Shown here: positions 26,040-38,809 of the stretch, one piece after another | Layout of the letters: every line of letters begins with the position of its first letter | How positions within the stretch are numbered: the first letter of the stretch is position 1 | NCBI GenBank assembly: GCA_035221665.1 | Contig: CM069133.1 | Location: 126,604,001-126,668,000 of the forward strand | DNA: 64,000 bases | DNA from: Okamejei kenojei | Taxonomy: Eukaryota | Reading direction: 5' to 3' | Translations under genes and position numbers: made by a program | Notes under the pieces: generated by a model | Database searches by the model: none | Seen by the model: the letters and a program-made list of their open reading frames with translations, nothing else | What the model was told of the DNA's origin: nothing

Positions 26040-29000
26040 CAGTCATAAGTGATAGGAGCATAATTAGGCCATTTGGCCCATCAAGTGTACTTCGCCATTC
26101 AATCATGGCTGATCCATCTCTCCCTCCTAACCCCATAATCTCTGACACCTGTACTAATCAAGAACCCATCTATCTCTGCCTTATAAATATCCACTGATTT
26201 GGCCTCCCACAGCCACCTGTGGCAAATAATTCCACAGATTCACCACTCTCTGGCTAAATACATTCTTCCTCATCTCCTTCCTAAAGGAACGTCCTTTCAT
26301 TCTGAGGCTATGACCTCATGTCCTAGACTCTCCCACCAGTGGAAACATCTGCTCCACATCCACTCTATCCAAGCCTTTCAATATGCTGTGGTTTCAATGA
26401 TGTCCCCCCTCATTCTTCTAAACTCCAACGAGTGCAGGCCCAGTGTCTTGAAAAGCTCATTATATGTTAACCGACTCATTCCTGGGATAATTCATGTAAA
26501 CTTCCTCTGGACCCTCTCCAGAGCCAGCACATCCTTCCTCAGACATGGTACCCAAAATTGCTCACAATATTCCAAATCCGGTCTGACCAGTGCCTTAGAG
26601 CCTCAGCATTACATCCCTGTTTTTGTGTTCCAGCCCTCTTGAAATATAACAATATAACAATATAACAATTACAGCACGGAAACAGGCCCTCTCGGCCCTT
26701 CCAGTCCGTGCCGACCATTTGTTTTCCCCTAGTCCCATCTACGTGCACTCAGACCATACCCCTCCATTCCCTTCCCGTCCATATACCTATCCACTTTACT
26801 TTTAAATGTTAAAATCGATCCTGCCTCCACCACTTCTGCTGGAAGCTCATTCCACACAGCCACCACCCTCTGATTAAAGAAGTTCCCCTCACGTTACCCC
26901 TAAACTTCTGTCCTCTAATTCTCATGTCATGCCTCTTGTTTGATCTTCCCTACCTTCAATGGGAAAAAAACTTATCCACGTCAATCTGTCTATTCCCTTT
27001 CATCATTTTAAAAGGACCTCAATCAAGTCCCCCCTTAACCTTCTGCGCTCCAAAGAATAAAGACCTAACTTGTTCAACCTTTCTCTGTAACATAGTTGCT
27101 GGAACCCTGGCAACATTCTAGTAAATCTCCTCTGTACTCTCTCTATTTTGTTGACATCCTTCCTATAACTAGGCGACCAAAATTGTACACCATACTCCAG
27201 AATTGGTCTTACCAATGCCTTGTACAATTTACATTACTTCCCTACTTCTATATTCAATGCTCTGATTTATAAATGGCCATGCACAAAGGCTTTCTTTACC
27301 ACCCTATCTACATGCGATTCCACCTTCAGGGAACTATGCACAGTTATTCCTAGATCCCTCTGTTCCACAGCATTCCTCAATTCCCTACCATTTACCATGT
27401 ACGTCCTATTTTGATTTGTCCTGCCAAGATGTAGCACTTCTTAACAGCATTAAACTCCATCTGCCATCTTTCAGCCCACTTTTCCAAATAGCCCAAATCT
27501 CTCTGTAGACTTTGAAAAATCTACTTCATTATCCACAACACCACCTATCTTAGTATCATCTGCATACACTTATCCAATTTTCCACCCCATCATCCAGATC
27601 ATTGATGTACATGACAAACAACAGTGGACCCAACACAGATCCCTGAGGCACCCCACTGGTCACCGGCTTCCAACCTGACAAACAGCCATCCACCATTACT
27701 CTCTGACATCTCCCCAGCCACTGTTGAATCCATCTTGCTACTCCGCCATTAACTCCCAAAGATTGAACCTTCTTAACCAACCTTCCATGGGGAACCTTGT
27801 CAAAGGCCTTACTGAAATCCATAGACAACATCCACTGATTTACCCTCATCAATTTTCTCTAGTTAACCCGCTTCAAAAAATAATTCAAGAAGGTTTGTCA
27901 AACATGACCTTCCAGGCACAAATCCATGTAGACTGTTCCTGATCAGACCCTTTTTATCCAGATGCTTATATATATTATCTCTAAGTATCCTTTCCATTAA
28001 TTTGCCCACCACTGACGTCAAACTAATAGGTCTATAATTGCTAGGTTTATTCTTTGAACCCTTTTTAAACAATGGAACAACATGTGCAGTACGCCAATCC
28101 TCCGGCACTATTCCCGTTTCTAATGACATTTGAAATATTTCTGTCATAGCTCATACACTAACTTCCCTCAATGTCCTAGGGAATATCCTGTCAGGACCTG
28201 GAGACTTATCCACTTTTATATTTTTCAAAAGTGTCAGTACTTCCTCCTCTTGGAGGACGATGAAAGCTAGCATTACATTTGCTTTTACTACTGATTCGAC
28301 TTGCAGGTTCACTTTTTGGAAATCCTGCACCAGCACTTCCAAGTCCCTTTGCACCTCTGATTTCTTGATTCTTGCCCCAATTAGAATATAATCTATGCCT
28401 TTATTCCTACCAAAATGCATGACTGCACACTTTGCTACACTATGTTCAATTAACCACGTCTCTGCCCACTCTCCCAACCTGTCCAAATCCTTCTGCAGAG
28501 TCCCTGCTCTCTCTATACTACCTGCCCCTCCACCTATTTTTGTATCATTCGCAAACTTGGCCGCAAAGCCTTCAATTCCCTTACCCAAATCATTAATATA
28601 CAAAGTGAAGAATAGCGGCCCCAGCACCGACCCCTGTGGAACTCTGCTCGTCAATGGCAGCCAACCAGAAAAAGCACCCTTTACTGCCACTCATTGCCTT
28701 CTACCATCCAGCCAACTAGCGATCCATGCTACTATCTGCCCTTTGATACTGTGGGCTCTCATCTTCCTTAGCAGCCTCATGTGTGGCACCTTACCAAAGG
28801 CTTTCTGAAAAGCTAGGTAAACAGCATCTACTGATTCGCCTTTGTCTGTCCTGCTATTTACTTCTTCAAAGAATTCCAGCAGATATGTCAGGCAAGACCT
28901 GCCCTTCACAAAGCCATGCTGACTTTGGCCTATTTTATCATAAACTAATCTAAGGAATCCTCCCAGCTCCCACACAGCTTAACAATCTTCCCCATGATGG

Positions 29001-30230
29001 ACTTCAACTTTAACCGTTTATATTCCTACAGATGCAATTTAATCTACTAAGTACTTGTAACATTTTCTGATTTTGGCCCAGAGGTCCATCATTTGTAGTA
29101 TCTTTTGATTTTCAATTATATAATCATATAACAATTACAGCACGGAAACAGGCCCTCTCGGCCCTTCCAGTCCGTGCCGACCATTTGATTTCCCCTAGTC
29201 CCATCTACCTGCACTCAGACCATACCCCTCCATTCCCTTCCCGTCCATACACCTATCCACTTTACTTTTAAATGTTAAAATCGATCCTGCCTCCACCACT
29301 TCTGAGTAATGAGAATTACTCTTTCCCATCTCTGCAACTTCCCTCTAACCCTATTTTGGCAAGCCTCCATTTCAGACGCCTGCTTGATTTTAATCACACC
29401 ACCAACAGTAACTATGCCTTCAGCTACACAAGCCCCCAAATTACATCCCCAAACTACTATTATTATTGGATAAGCTTTGGCTAGGCTTTTGGTTGGTTCC
29501 TTGTGGTGGCATTGAGTCATAGTCTCACAGCGTGGAAAACAGGCCCTTCGGCCCAACTTGCCCACACCGGCCAACATCCCCCACCTACACACGTTTGGCC
29601 CATATCCCTGAAAACTTGTCTTATCCACGTACCTGTCTAAATGTTTCTTCACCGTTGTAATAGTACCTGCCTCAACTACATCCTCCGGCAGCTTGTTCCA
29701 TACACCTACCACCATTAGGTTACCGATCAGATCCTTAAAACGATGTCCTCTGGTTCTTGATTCACCTACTCAGGGCAAGAGATTCTGGGCGTCCACCCGA
29801 TCTATTCCTCTCATGGTTTTATACAACTCTATAAGATCATCCCTCATTCTCCTGTCCTCCAAGGAATAGCTTGCTCAACCTCTCTCCATAGCTCAGGCAC
29901 TCGAGTCCTGGCAACATCCCTTTCCAACTTGACATATTTTCTAACATGGTGCCCAAAACTGAACACAATACTCTAAATGCGGCCTCATCAACGTCTTATG
30001 CATCTTTTGTGTCATCTGCAAACTTGCCATGTACGTTCTAATCCAAACATTGATATATGACAAACAGTAACAGGCCCAGCACCTAAACCTGAGGCACACC
30101 ACTATTCAGTCCGTAAAGCAACCTTCCACCATACCCTCCGCTTCTTACCTTGAAGCCAATTTTCTATGCATTCAGCTATCTCTCCTTGGATCCCATGTGA
30201 TCCAACTTTCCAGAGCAGCTTCCCATGCGT
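26040..30230 (-). mobile_element. Nested stack of CR1 LINE fragments from at least three subfamilies
   Basis: RT motifs NYRPISLTSVVGKLMERI, DFSKAFDKVPHGRL, SGVPQGSVLGPLLF and YKALVRPILEYGVQFWSP in ORFs 27003-28975. One CR1 (26644-28255) sits inside another (26040-26643 plus 28256-28945); further copies at 29120-29305 and 29510-30230. Confidence 0.85.
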
Positions 30231-30323
30231 AGGTTTTATAGATTCTGCAAGTGAGGCTGTACTGGCTGTCAGACCACTTGGGTTTAAATTCCCTGAGCTC
30301 ATTTGGCCAATTTCAGTCCATAC

Positions 30324-30368
30324 CAGAAAAACAATTTCCGTGCCTCTAAAATCATTTTCTACCTTGCC
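30324..30368 (-). CDS. Candidate exon 2 of an unidentified host gene (GKVENDFRGTEIVFL)
   Basis: Acceptor actgatcttttgctgtttctAG, 45 nt open in phase 0 (compatible with exon 1), donor GTATGG; the other two frames stop immediately. Confidence 0.45.
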
Positions 30369-30744
30369 CTAGAAACAGCAAAAGATCAGTATTTATGAGC
30401 AAATTATGCTAATCAATATTATTTTGTAAAGGTGCCTGCAGATTCTTCCATTTGTTTCCTATCCAAAATGTAAAATTCCTTTGTAATTCTTTCTGAAAAT
30501 TCCTTGAAATATACAACAGGTCCCTCAGCATCTGTAAAGAGAAGAGACACATTAAAGATTCAAAATTTTAAGTCCTCTCTCCTTATAGATGCTGCCAAAC
30601 CTGCTGCGCGAAGTATTCAAAATCCAAAGTATAAACAAAAGTAAATTTTCAACTTTGTGCTTAGATTTTTTTTTAATTAAAAAAAACTGGGTTTCAAACC
30701 TCAAAGTCCACCAAACAAAAGTTGGTGCAGGGTTGCAAAACGTT

Positions 30745-30975
30745 TCGCTTGGCGATCGTTTCGCTGAACACCTCCACTCAGTCCGCCTTAACCTACCTGA
30801 TTTCCCGCTTGCTCAACACTTTAACTCCCCCTCCCATTCCCAATTTGACATTTCTGACCTGGGCCTCTTCCATTGTCAGAGTGAGGCCCAGCACAAATTG
30901 GAGGAATAGCACCTGATATTTTGGTTGGGCAGCTTACACCCCAGCGGTATGAACATTCACTTTTATAACTTCAAA
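30745..30975 (+). mobile_element. Penelope-like GIY-YIG C-terminal fragment
   Basis: LGDRFAEHLHSVRLNLPDFPLAQHFNSPSHS...HKLEE. Confidence 0.75.
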
Positions 30976-31329
30976 AAGCTCTCTTTCTACTCAGAGCAGC
31001 ATTGACTCAGTAATAGATTCACTGTCTGAACAACTTGCAATTGTATAGCATCTTTGATGTGTAAAATGCCCCCCGACAAATGGCAACAGAGCTCATTACT
31101 GTAGGAAACTAATAGTTCCAGGGGATAAAGGTAAAAAAAAAGGAAATGAGGAATGCAGGGGGTGTTGGAAGGAAGGGGTAGAAGTAATCCAGAGGAGGAA
31201 AAGAAGGGGGGGTACACAAAAAGCTGGAGAAACTTAGCGGGTGCAGCAGCATCTAAGGAGCGAAGGAGGGGGAAAAGAAGCTGTCTTCTAAAAGTTTCTG
31301 TCTACACTCCTCCGCCTAGCTGAGCTGGT

Positions 31330-32535
31330 CCTTAAATTTAACTTCTCCTTCGACTCCTCCCACTTCCTCCAAATCCAAGGCGTAGCTATGGGCACTTGCA
31401 TAGGCCCCCAGCTATGCCCGCCTCTTTGGAGGGTACTTCGAACAATCACTGTTCCAGGCGTACACTGGCCCTATCCCCGAACTCTACCTTCGCTACATTG
31501 ACAACTGCATCGGTGCTACCTCCTGCACCCATGCAGAACTCACTGACTTCATCAACTTCACGATTAATCTCCATCTTGCACTCATATTCACTTGGACCAT
31601 CTCCGACATTTCCCTACCATTTCTAGATCTCACTGTCTCGATCACAGGAGACAGACTACTGACTGACATCTATTATAAACCCACCGACTTCCATAGCTCT
31701 TTAAACTACACTTCTTCCCACCCTGCTTCCTGTAAAACTCTATCCCCTCCTCTCAATTCCTCCGTCTACACCGCATCTGCGCCCAGGATGAAGTGTTCCA
31801 TACCAGGTCATCTGAGATGTCCTCATTCTTTAGGGAACAGGGGTTCCTCTCTTCCATTATAGATGAGTCTCTCACTAGGGTCTCTTCGATATCCCAAAGC
31901 TCCGTTCTTACACCTCTCCTCCATTCGTAACAAAGACAGTGTCCCTTGTCCTCACCTTCCACCCCATCAGCCGTCGCATGCAGCACATAATCCTGTGATA
32001 TTTTTGCCACCTCCAATGGGATCCCACTACTAGCCACATCTTTCCATCTCCACCCCTTTCTGCTTTCCGCCGAGACCATTTCCTCCGGAACTACCTGGTC
32101 AACCCGTCCCTTCCCACGCAAACCACCTGCTCCCCAGATTCTTACCCCTGCAACCACAGGAAATGCAACACCTGTCCCTTTACCTCCCCCCTCGACTCCG
32201 TCTAAGGACCACAACAGTCTTTTCAGGTGAGGCAGAGGTTCACTTGCACCTTCTCCAACCTCATCTACTGTATCCACTGTTCCAGGTGTCAACTCCTGTA
32301 TATCGGCGAGACCAAGCGCATGCTCGACGATCGTTTCGAATGCCTCCACCAGATCCGCCTAAAGCTACCTGATCTCCCGGTTGCTCAGCACTTTAACTCC
32401 CCCTCCCATTCCCAACACGACCTTTCTGTCGTGTCAGCGTGAGGCCCAGCACAAATTAGAGGAACAGCACCTCGTATTTCGCTTGGGTAGCTTACACCCT
32501 AGTGGTATGAACATTGACTTTTCTAAGTTCAAATA
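31330..32535 (+). mobile_element. Penelope-like retroelement, RT plus GIY-YIG endonuclease, degenerate
   Basis: NFSFDSSHFLQIQGVAMGT, LYLRYIDNCIG, LPFLDLTV, TDIYYKPTD, SQFLRLHRIC (PLE RT), then NLIYCIHCSRCQLLYIGETKR (GIY-YIG). Confidence 0.85.
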
Positions 32536-32749
32536 GCTCTGATCAGCTGAGTTATTCCAGCACTTTGTGGTTTTGTTGATGATGCACGTTTAGACAGTCA
32601 ATACTGCATGGATCACATGGCCCTCCCACATGGGCAGGAGGAGGGTGAATCTCACCGAGTGCATGCTCAACAAACGCCGATGAAGCGTTGTCAGTGTTGC
32701 TGAGTTTAATGTGGTTCTGACTGCCGCTTGGAGCCAGAATCTCCCCCCC

Positions 32750-33100
32750 ACCCCCCCGGGTAGCTCCCACCCTATCCACCCCTCGGCTCATTCAGAGGAT
32801 AAATAAAGTTAACAGCTCATCGCCCGCAGACGGGGGGGTACACGGCAGCGCCGCCGCCCGCAGACGGGGACCAGGGAGCCGCCGCCGCCGCCCGTAGACG
32901 GGGACCACGCAGCCGCCGCCGCCGCCGCTCACCTCGTTGTTGACGTTCATCGGCCCCGTTGTTGCCGCCGTTGCCGCCGCCATGTCGCACTGACCAGCCT
33001 CTCGACGGTCGCCCGACGCAGTCAACGCCACCCGCCCCGCCTTTCGCGCTTCCCAAAAGTCGAAATCTAGTCTGCAACGAGGAGAGCAAAGACAATCTCG
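32750..33100. promoter_or_regulatory. CpG island / promoter of a minus-strand gene
   Basis: Non-repeat CpG-rich stretch with (GCC)n runs and a GC box (ggcggggcggg on minus, ~33030-33042) about 50 bp upstream of the ATG. Confidence 0.75.
32933..32983 (-). CDS. First coding exon of an unidentified host gene (MAAATAATTGPMNVNNE)
   Basis: gacATGGCGGCG start with strong Kozak context, 17 codons, then a consensus donor GAG|GTGAGC, inside the CpG island. Confidence 0.7.
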
Positions 33101-33629
33101 TTTAACATTGTTCCGTTTTAATCGTGCGAATTAAAGACATTATAAAAGGAAAACACATGCAGTATTATTTCCATTTTATTCGTGATTACTCTCTCGAACA
33201 CTTCAGTCATCGATATAATCTGAGGAAAGTGTGGACCAGGCAGATACCTTCCCATGCAAAATATCACTGGGATCATTACTGGGATATTAATTCAGTTTGA
33301 CAGCAAAGCTGCACTTTCATCGTTTTTATTTCCCTTTAGTATTCCACCATGATGTCGAAATGAAATAGCCCAAAGGAACTTAAAGCTAGAGCAAACAAAA
33401 CACAACTAATGGATGAACTAAGCAGCAAAAAACAAAACTATGGAGGCAAAGGGATGGTCAATATTTCAAGTCAAGATGCTGCATCAGGACCATTGCTTTT
33501 CTTCTTCAAATGCTGCTTGATCCATTGAGTTCTTCCAACATTTCCAGCTGATCCTGGCAATGAGGAGGGTCTATAGAAACAACAGTCGAGGTGAAATTGA
33601 TCAGTCAAAACTGAGAAGTAATGAACAAG

Positions 33630-34480
33630 ATACACCCACATCTTCCCATCTCCCCCCCTGTCTGCCTTCCGCAAAGACCGCTCCCTCCGCAACTCCCTTG
33701 TCCATTCTTCCCTCCCCTCCCACTCTACCCCTTCCCCGGGCACTTTCCCTTGCAACCGCAAGAAATGCGACACTTGTCCCTTCACCTCCCCCCTTCCACT
33801 CCTTTCAGGGACCCAAGCAGTCCTTCCAGGTCCGACAGAGGTTCACCTGCACCTCCTCCAACCTCATCTACTGCATCCGCTGCTCCAGATGCCAGATGGA
33901 TCTATATCGGTTTAGACCATGCGGAGCTTTGGCGATCGCTTCGCCGAACACCTCTCGGTCCGCAATAACACCCACCTCCGGTGGATCAGCCCTTCAACTC
34001 CCCCTCCCATTCCACATGACCTCTCGGGTTCTGGGCCTCCTCCACGGCCAGAGTGAGCAACACCGCAAGCTGGAGGAACAGCACCTCATATTCCGCTTGG
34101 GGAGTCTGCATCTTTGGGCTTGAATATTGAACTTCTCAATTCTGTTAACCCTTGCTGTCTCCTCCCCTTCCCACCTCTCCCTCAGCCCTCGGGGCCCTGA
34201 CATTCCCTCTATCTCTATCTCCCTCCCCACCCCAGTCGCACCGCTTCTCATTTTCACACCACAAACAGCTTACAATTGGCTTGTTCCCTTTATCACCGAT
34301 ACTTTTTTGCATATCTTTCACTCATTGTTCCTTATCTCTCCACACCACCGTCTATATCTCTTGTTTCCCTGATCCCTGACCAGTCTGAAGAAGGGTCTCG
34401 ACCCGAAACGTCGCCTATCTCCTTCGCTCCTTAGATGCTGCTGCACCCGCTGAGTTTCTCCAGCTTTTTGTGTACCCACA
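33630..34480 (+). mobile_element. Penelope-like 3' fragment with complete terminal repeat
   Basis: QRFTCTSSNLIYCIRCSRC...RKLEEQHLIFRLGSL in ORF 33560-34123, followed by the terminal repeat. Confidence 0.85.
34381..34416 (+). ncRNA. Minimal hammerhead-ribozyme-like motif in a Penelope terminus (representative copy)
   Basis: CTGAAGA-A-GGGT(CTCG)ACCC-GAAAC-GTC: both conserved core boxes, 4-bp stem II, no real stem III, stem I only about 2 bp. Confidence 0.5.
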
Positions 34481-35794
34481 CATTAGCTTTAGGTGTATTA
34501 CTATTGTCACATAAAGAGGCACAGTGAAAAGTTTTGCTTTGCATGCTAGTGAATCAAATCAGATAATTTTATACATAAATAAAATCAAGCCAAACTCAAA
34601 TATAATAAGAGGAGCAAAGGGAAAATTAAAGAGTGCAGAATATAGTTCTCAGCATTGGAGCGCAACAGTTCCAGAGATAAAGTCCAATGTCTGCACTGAG
34701 GTAGAAAAGAAACAGAAACATCATCGGAAGGGGAAAAATTAGGGTTTAGCATTCATGATAACAGGTAAATCACCAAAGCCAAATGAAACATAACCCAGGT
34801 AGTTAAGAGAAACTATGGAGGAAAAAAACTAAAGTTTTGTTTATCAGTTGTCAATCCTCTCTGGGTACAAGCATTGTATTGTGAATCTGAGAGTAAGGTA
34901 CCTATGTTTAAAAGGAGTGAACTATTTCAATTGAGTTATTACATGCCTCTCAACCTAACCTCAGTGGGGGTAATTGGGAGTAAATGGGACATGTTACTCG
35001 GTGTGGGCAAGTTGGGCCGAAAGGCTTGTTTCCACACTGTATCACTCTATGACTATGACACCAAAGATAGGGTACTTTTCAAGGACACCTGTAGAGATAG
35101 CCACTATTCTCAGGATGTGAAAATCATATATTTAACACTGAAGTTGGGCAAAAGGTATTTGGTATGAAAAATGAAGAGAGTAGAAATAAATTAAATTGTA
35201 TCTTTTTAAACTGGGAGTTGAAACAAATAGTCCCATATTATATGTACATTCAGTGTATACAATACTTTAAAGTTGCCCTGACTGTAGACTATCCCTATGG
35301 AAGATGACAAGGGGGCAGAATCAGTGGAGAGCTAATTGGCATAAATGAGGAAATGAGTTGCAGGGAAATAGTGAAGGGAATTGATAGAATTGTTGTAGAA
35401 ACAAGCATAGAATTGTTGGACAGAATGGCCTCCTTCTATGTCATTATGAAATATAAATGGGGTATATTGCCAGCAGGGCAATAGAAAATTATCTTCTGCA
35501 ATAACTGCCAATTAAGATTTCTTCTAACGAAGGGCACAAAGTGCTGGTGTAAATTAAAATCTCTGGAGAACATGGTAGGGACGTTTTCGGTCAGAACCAT
35601 TTTTCAGATAATTTCTTCTGCTTTTTAATCTAAGTTGACATTAGTGTGGTTTCAATCCAATGTGGCTGTTTCTGCTGATCTGAGGTAATTAGAGCAAAGA
35701 GAGCAACATCAAGGCTTTTCAAGCATCAGATTAAAAAAATCTGGTTAAATCATACCTTGGAAATGTAAAACATGAAGTATGTTAGATATTAATC

Positions 35795-36405
35795 ATATGG
35801 CACTGTACAATGGCTCCCTCGCCAACAGTCTGTCTCATCCCTTTCCCTCTTTTTTGTTTTTTAGTCGGTTGTTAAACGTTGTTTTAGTGTATCTTTATTT
35901 TTGTTTTATGTGGGGGGTGGAGGGGGGGGGGGGGGGTGGGGAAACGTTTTTTATCTCTTTTCTCGACAGAGATGCGACTTTTTCCTTAACGTATCTCCAT
36001 CTGCACTGCGGCCTTAACATCGTGGAGCTGGCGGCCTCTTGCTCGGGTTCAACCTCGGAAGCTCCAACTGCGGGTGCTTCGACTACCCTGATCACGGGAG
36101 CCTCGATCGCGCCGATGTGGGAACTTCCATCACCGGCTGCTGGGAACTTCAATCGCCCCGACTGCGGATGGTTCGACAGTCCCGTCCACGGGAGAAAAAG
36201 GAGGAAAGAAGATAAGACTTTATTGCCTTCCGTCACAGTGAGGAATGAGGAATGTGGAGGAGCCGCTGTGATGGATGTTTATGTTAACTTTTATGTAGTT
36301 GTGTGCCGTTGCTTTTTTGGTATGGCTGTATGGCAAATCAAATTTCCACTATGATTTACATACTTGTTTTTTCATACTTGGCTAATAAAATCAATTACAA
36401 TTGCA
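35795..36405 (+). mobile_element. Non-coding ~600-bp retroposon, family unassigned
   Basis: GC-rich body with short internal repeats, 3' homology to 19075-19340, AATAAA and (caatt)n-like tail. Confidence 0.5.
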
Positions 36406-36490
36406 ATATCAAAACCAAAATGTTAACTGATAGAGATATGGAATTATGAAAGTGAAATAAAGTAGATTGACAGAAAAATTTATGTAACAT

Positions 36491-38284
36491 TGTAGCGGCA
36501 CCAAACGTGGTGAATAAACAGTTGTTTTATTTAAGTTTGGTCCACTAACATAACTGTTATTGCTGCTGCAGCTGAGCGAGGGTGTTGTCTCAAGCTCAGC
36601 TACCTGTCGACTGGGGTGATCTCTAGGTGAGATATGTTAATGCAGCAGGACACTCCCCTTAACCCATGACACCACTTGACAGCCCTCGTAACCACTGAAG
36701 AGGGTTCGACCGCAAGTGGTCTGACTATCAGCTGATGCCACAGAAACCCCCCCCCCCCCCCCTCTAGAACCCCAGGAAAGAATAGAACGTGTTAACCTTC
36801 CACAAGAAGGTGTGCAAGTATGGTCGAGGGTAGCTCCTGCTGTGGTTCAGGGGCACCCCGGCCGCGGGTCGGGACAGTGGGTCTCGCAGGCGCTGTCGAC
36901 GCTCCAGCTGTGGGCCATCCCGGCCATATGCCAAGGGATGCGAGGAGACCAATGCAAAAGCCGGCAGATTGAGGAGACACAGTCGCATCTCCTCGACCAG
37001 CAGGGGATCATGTCCTGAGAAATACGGCACCCAGCAATAGCTGGGAGATGTCGGCAACAATGCAAACCAAAGAACAAAGAATAACATTTTTAATTGCTAA
37101 ACCTGGCGTGGTCATTACAGTGTAAAAAACAAGTAAAAAGAAACGAAACAAACTACAGTCAGCAAACAAGTCCAAAGTGGTAGGAAAGTTCAAATTGTCC
37201 AGTGACAGCATCCGACCTGAAGGTGGTGCTGTTGCCAGTGGTCAGGCTACAGGGACGGCATCTGGCCGGAACGTGGCGCTGTGGACGGCGGTCAGGCTGG
37301 CATGACGGCATCCGGCCAGAAGGTGGCGCTGTTGACGGTGGACAAGGTAGGTCGAGTGTCTCTTCTGGACGGCTATTTTTGCAGTCGTTGCCATGTGGCA
37401 GTAGGTCACATGGTCATTTTGGCAGCCAGCTGAGGCGGCCTTTAAAGGTGGCCAACCGAGTCTTTTCCCAGATGCATGCGGGGCGGCCGGCATCGACAGG
37501 CCTTGCACCACCGCTGCAGGTAGGGACTCCACCCACCGTCGCCGTATCATCGGTGACTGGCTGAGCTGCCGCTCCCTCGGCGGAGTCTTGAAGCTGCCGA
37601 GGGATTGGTCGCAGGACCGCCGACTCACGACTGGCCAAGGCTCCACCCCAATGCTGGGCCTACCACAGCCTGACCTGATGGGCCGCCAGCACCCGGGGAT
37701 CGTTGGGGTCCGCGCCAGTGAGTAGCAGAAGGACGACTTCAGGCAGCCGCCCCAGGTAGGCCCGCCCTATCGGGTGGCTAGGCCTTGAACAATGGCCAGC
37801 GGGGTAATGGGCGGGTCCAGCTTCTCCTCGCACCCGGGGCAGGCGGCGGTGATGCTTGGGGTGGGGGGCTGCTAAACTCGCAGCTCCTGCAGCAGCTGGC
37901 GGCAGCCGCGGCCTCTCAGCCCCGGTGGTCGGCTCCGGGCTGGGTTGTTGGCTGCTGACATCAGGTCCCCCGAGGCTGTGTGTGTCGGGAGAAATCCAAA
38001 CTCCCAATTTTGATCGTCAGGGGTCACCAATGTAGTGGCACCAAACATGGTGAATAAACAGTTGCTTTATTCAGATGTTACATGCAAGCTTGGTCCACAA
38101 ACATAATTGTCATTGCTGCTGCACTTGAGGGAGGGTGTTGCTGCGAGCTCAGCTACCAGTCGACTGGGGTGATCTCCAGGTGAGATATGCTTATGCAGCA
38201 GGACACTCCCCTTAACCCATGGCATCACATGACAGTCTTCGTAACCACTGACCTCAAGTGATCTGACTATCAGCTGATGCCACA
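36491..38284 (-). mobile_element. Complete non-autonomous LTR retrotransposon (TRIM-like, Gypsy-derived), 1794 bp
   Basis: Direct repeats 36491-36742 and 38031-38284 with TG...CA ends, TSD ACAT on both sides, PBS TGGTGACCCC (38020-38029, minus), G-rich PPT (~36747-36765, minus). Confidence 0.9.
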
Positions 38285-38809
38285 ACATTTCCTTTGCATT
38301 TTGTTTTTGCATTTCCAGCACTAATTGATTTCTGAACATATGAAACACCATATTTGTATTAAAAAAAACCCATTTAGGCCAGATTGGCGGTAATTATTTC
38401 TTATTTTGCCATTAAAAATACATACATGAATTTACCAATGCAACTTTTTAATTACCTTTAAAGAGGATTTGGTTGGAAAGTTATTTTCCTCAATGTTAAC
38501 CTTATATCATCTTCGGCCGGTACAATATGTGAGCAAGGAAATTACTCAAGATGTCAACAAGTTAGCCCCCAGCTGAATGTTTGTCCACCATTCTGTAGGA
38601 AGGGTATCAGAGCATTAGAAAGCTTCAGAGGATATGAGGATATTATGTACAAGGGATGAATATTGTGAGAAAAATAGGGTGGAGAAGATTGGGTTGTCCT
38701 CCATATGTTTTTTTGAAATTATGAATCCATTTGATAGAGTAAGGAGAAACTATTTCCAGGGGCATATTGTATGGTTCATGAGGAACTAGTTTGGAGGTGC
38801 AAAAATACT

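Noticed and set aside
31753-32349. 198-aa minus-strand ORF
   Set aside because: Antisense shadow of the Penelope RT/GIY-YIG coding strand.
32675-32722. C/D-box snoRNA-like motifs (gatga...ctga)
   Set aside because: Imperfect C box, too short, and antisense to the host gene.
35779-36354. 191-aa ORF as a host gene
   Set aside because: Lies within a dispersed repeat, crosses a poly-G tract, and has no recognisable domain.
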